Positions 62,130 through 64,000 of a DNA stretch of 64,000 nucleotides are shown one piece after another (the stretch's first letter is position 1; each line of letters begins with the position of its first letter). The DNA lies in the NCBI RefSeq assembly GCF_947568905.1, contig NC_079168.1, positions 78,244,001 through 78,308,000 of the forward strand. The letters are read 5' to 3'. A program made the translations under genes and the position numbers. This stretch comes from Ostrea edulis. Lineage: Eukaryota. The notes beneath the pieces were generated by a model. The model searched no databases and was not told the origin of the DNA. It saw only the letters and a program-made list of their open reading frames with translations.

Positions 62130-63270
62130 CAATTAACATTGATTCAATGTAGGAAGGTTAACGTGATTCTGCGTCAGAAGTTCAACTTCATTTCATTTTT
62201 TAAAACCAATCCTGTTTGAGATTATCATTGATGCGTCCATTCTAGTTACTTTCAAACTCTTGTTTTGTTGGAAAAAACTTAATATGATTTTAACTTTGAG
62301 CCTTCTAGACCACGAAAGCGTGATTGTATGCCAAAATTGACTTGGTTGAGGTAAGTTCAAGGTATACAATAATGATTATCACTAGTATGGTTATTCAATC
62401 GACCTCAAATACTTACATAATTACTTTTTGAAAAAACGTGACCGAAAAAGCTCATCCCTATATGTTATACAATTCCGATGTAAACGTCTGCCATTTTGTA
62501 CTACGCTGACATAGATACCTCCAACGAAAATACGAAATTATATCTCTGACCTTTGACCTATGTGTTTAAATACACGAGTCTTATATGTGTTCAGACACAC
62601 ACTAAAGAGGGGCTAGTGGTGGAAGGTGAGAAAATCGTTCTTTTGTTTTCATAATTATCATCAACACTAGATTGACTACAGTACCAGTGAGTACAAACTA
62701 TTTTTATAAAAATCTCATATGATGAATAAATATTTCTGGTTTTAATATGACACGTAATCAGGTTATTTTGAGTTGTTTTGTATTTTTGGTTGTTGTTTTT
62801 TTTTTTGGAAGGAGAGCATCAAATATGGTTTTGCTAAAACTATAATTTCGTCAGTTGATTGCGAGAAACAAAACACAAAAAACAAAATAAAATATTCAGG
62901 GAAATATACACTTTGTAGAAAATTATGAAACCAATGCACTTTTCCGGTAGAATAAAATACGTCAGCCATTTCACATTACTTCTTTACCAGATAACTTCAG
63001 CTGACAGAGTGAAATACTGGTGACATTTCACGAGAGATCGAAAAAAAATAATGCAGTCTTAATTTCGGTGTACGCACTCTCTATGGGTGAATCCTTATCT
63101 TGGGCATTGAATTATTACCAAGATATACTGTTTAAATGTCCTGGTCGTCATTTCGTGATCGCCATGGGAACTTACATGTGGCCAAATCTCCAAGACATCA
63201 TATGATAACAGATAATTAATCCAAACCATTCCGTCAGTTCCTCAAACTAAACCAAGGCAACAGAAGCCGT
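62130..63270 (+). repeat. Diverged paralogous segment, copy B (empty site for the 392-5822 insertion)
   Basis: Reads ttcaatgtaggaaggttaacgtgattctgcgtcagaa with no insertion. Confidence 0.8.
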
Positions 63271-64000
63271 CAACATACGCAACGTTTTTGGTCATAAAAA
63301 ATTCAATCTCGTATTCCATCAAGACTACACCCAGTATTTTTTTAATTGATTTTTTTAAAAGAAATATACATCTACTAAGGCATCTAAACTTTAATTTTAT
63401 TGCAAATTGCACAGTACCATATAATAACAAAAACCTGCTCCAATTTTTTGTTTCAACTATAGTCCAGATGAACATGTCATTACTGGTGATGTCAACATAG
63501 TTGAAAATGACTTATTTGAAAAGGTCTGAAATTCAGAGAGTCTCGATCTTTCAATTGATGACAGAACGTTCATCTATATCGTGAATTCGGTTGACGATTG
63601 TTTAAGGCGATTAGAATAAATATGAAAAGGAAGAACACAATGTCCGAATGGATAAAAAGTGTGAGAGGAGTATTAAAATTTCGTATTAGGCACGTCAAAA
63701 CAAAAATGCGTATCATTGTTTGTTTAGTAAACTTTGTTTAGTAAACCATAAATGATGAAAGACATGTTGCAGGAGGAATATATTTCATAGGCCATCTTTG
63801 AACTTAACTGTCATCAAGTCACGTGACTTTAATCATCATGATAACGAAGTTTGCACACCACATAATGTTCTTTGCGCATAACATAAAGATGTTTGTACAT
63901 GATGCAATGAACCAAAAAGCATATCATATAAAAACAGAATCACAGCACATAATGAAAAAAAAAACCCATATGACATAATAAGTGAACATGATATAATGAG

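Overview
AT-rich, repeat-dense eukaryotic DNA, most consistent with an oyster-like bivalve (inferred from the repeat families and the MSP130-like gene). There is one assembly gap (9456-9588). The only apparently intact host gene is a 10-exon, 563-aa secreted MSP130/choice-of-anchor-I-like beta-propeller gene (+, 17992-35036), with all splice phases consistent. Other host-like pieces are two CIB-like EF-hand exons and two orphan exon candidates. The rest is layered mobile DNA: two ISL2EU-type transposons (THAP-DDE transposase plus YqaJ-like exonuclease), two partial DIRS/Ngaro tyrosine-recombinase retroelements, an integrase-OTU-F-box-like element, more than a dozen Naiad-like Penelope RT 3' fragments, Deu/Nin-like SINEs, MITEs and Helentron-like fragments. 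A ~350-nt repeat carries minimal hammerhead ribozyme motifs (7 motifs, 3 intact). The most notable observations are the hammerhead repeats, the antisense-interleaved genes of the first ISL2EU, the integrase-OTU-F-box fusion, minisatellites born from TE sequence, and a 147-bp palindrome with a GCGAAGC loop. All family calls come from motif recognition, not database searches.
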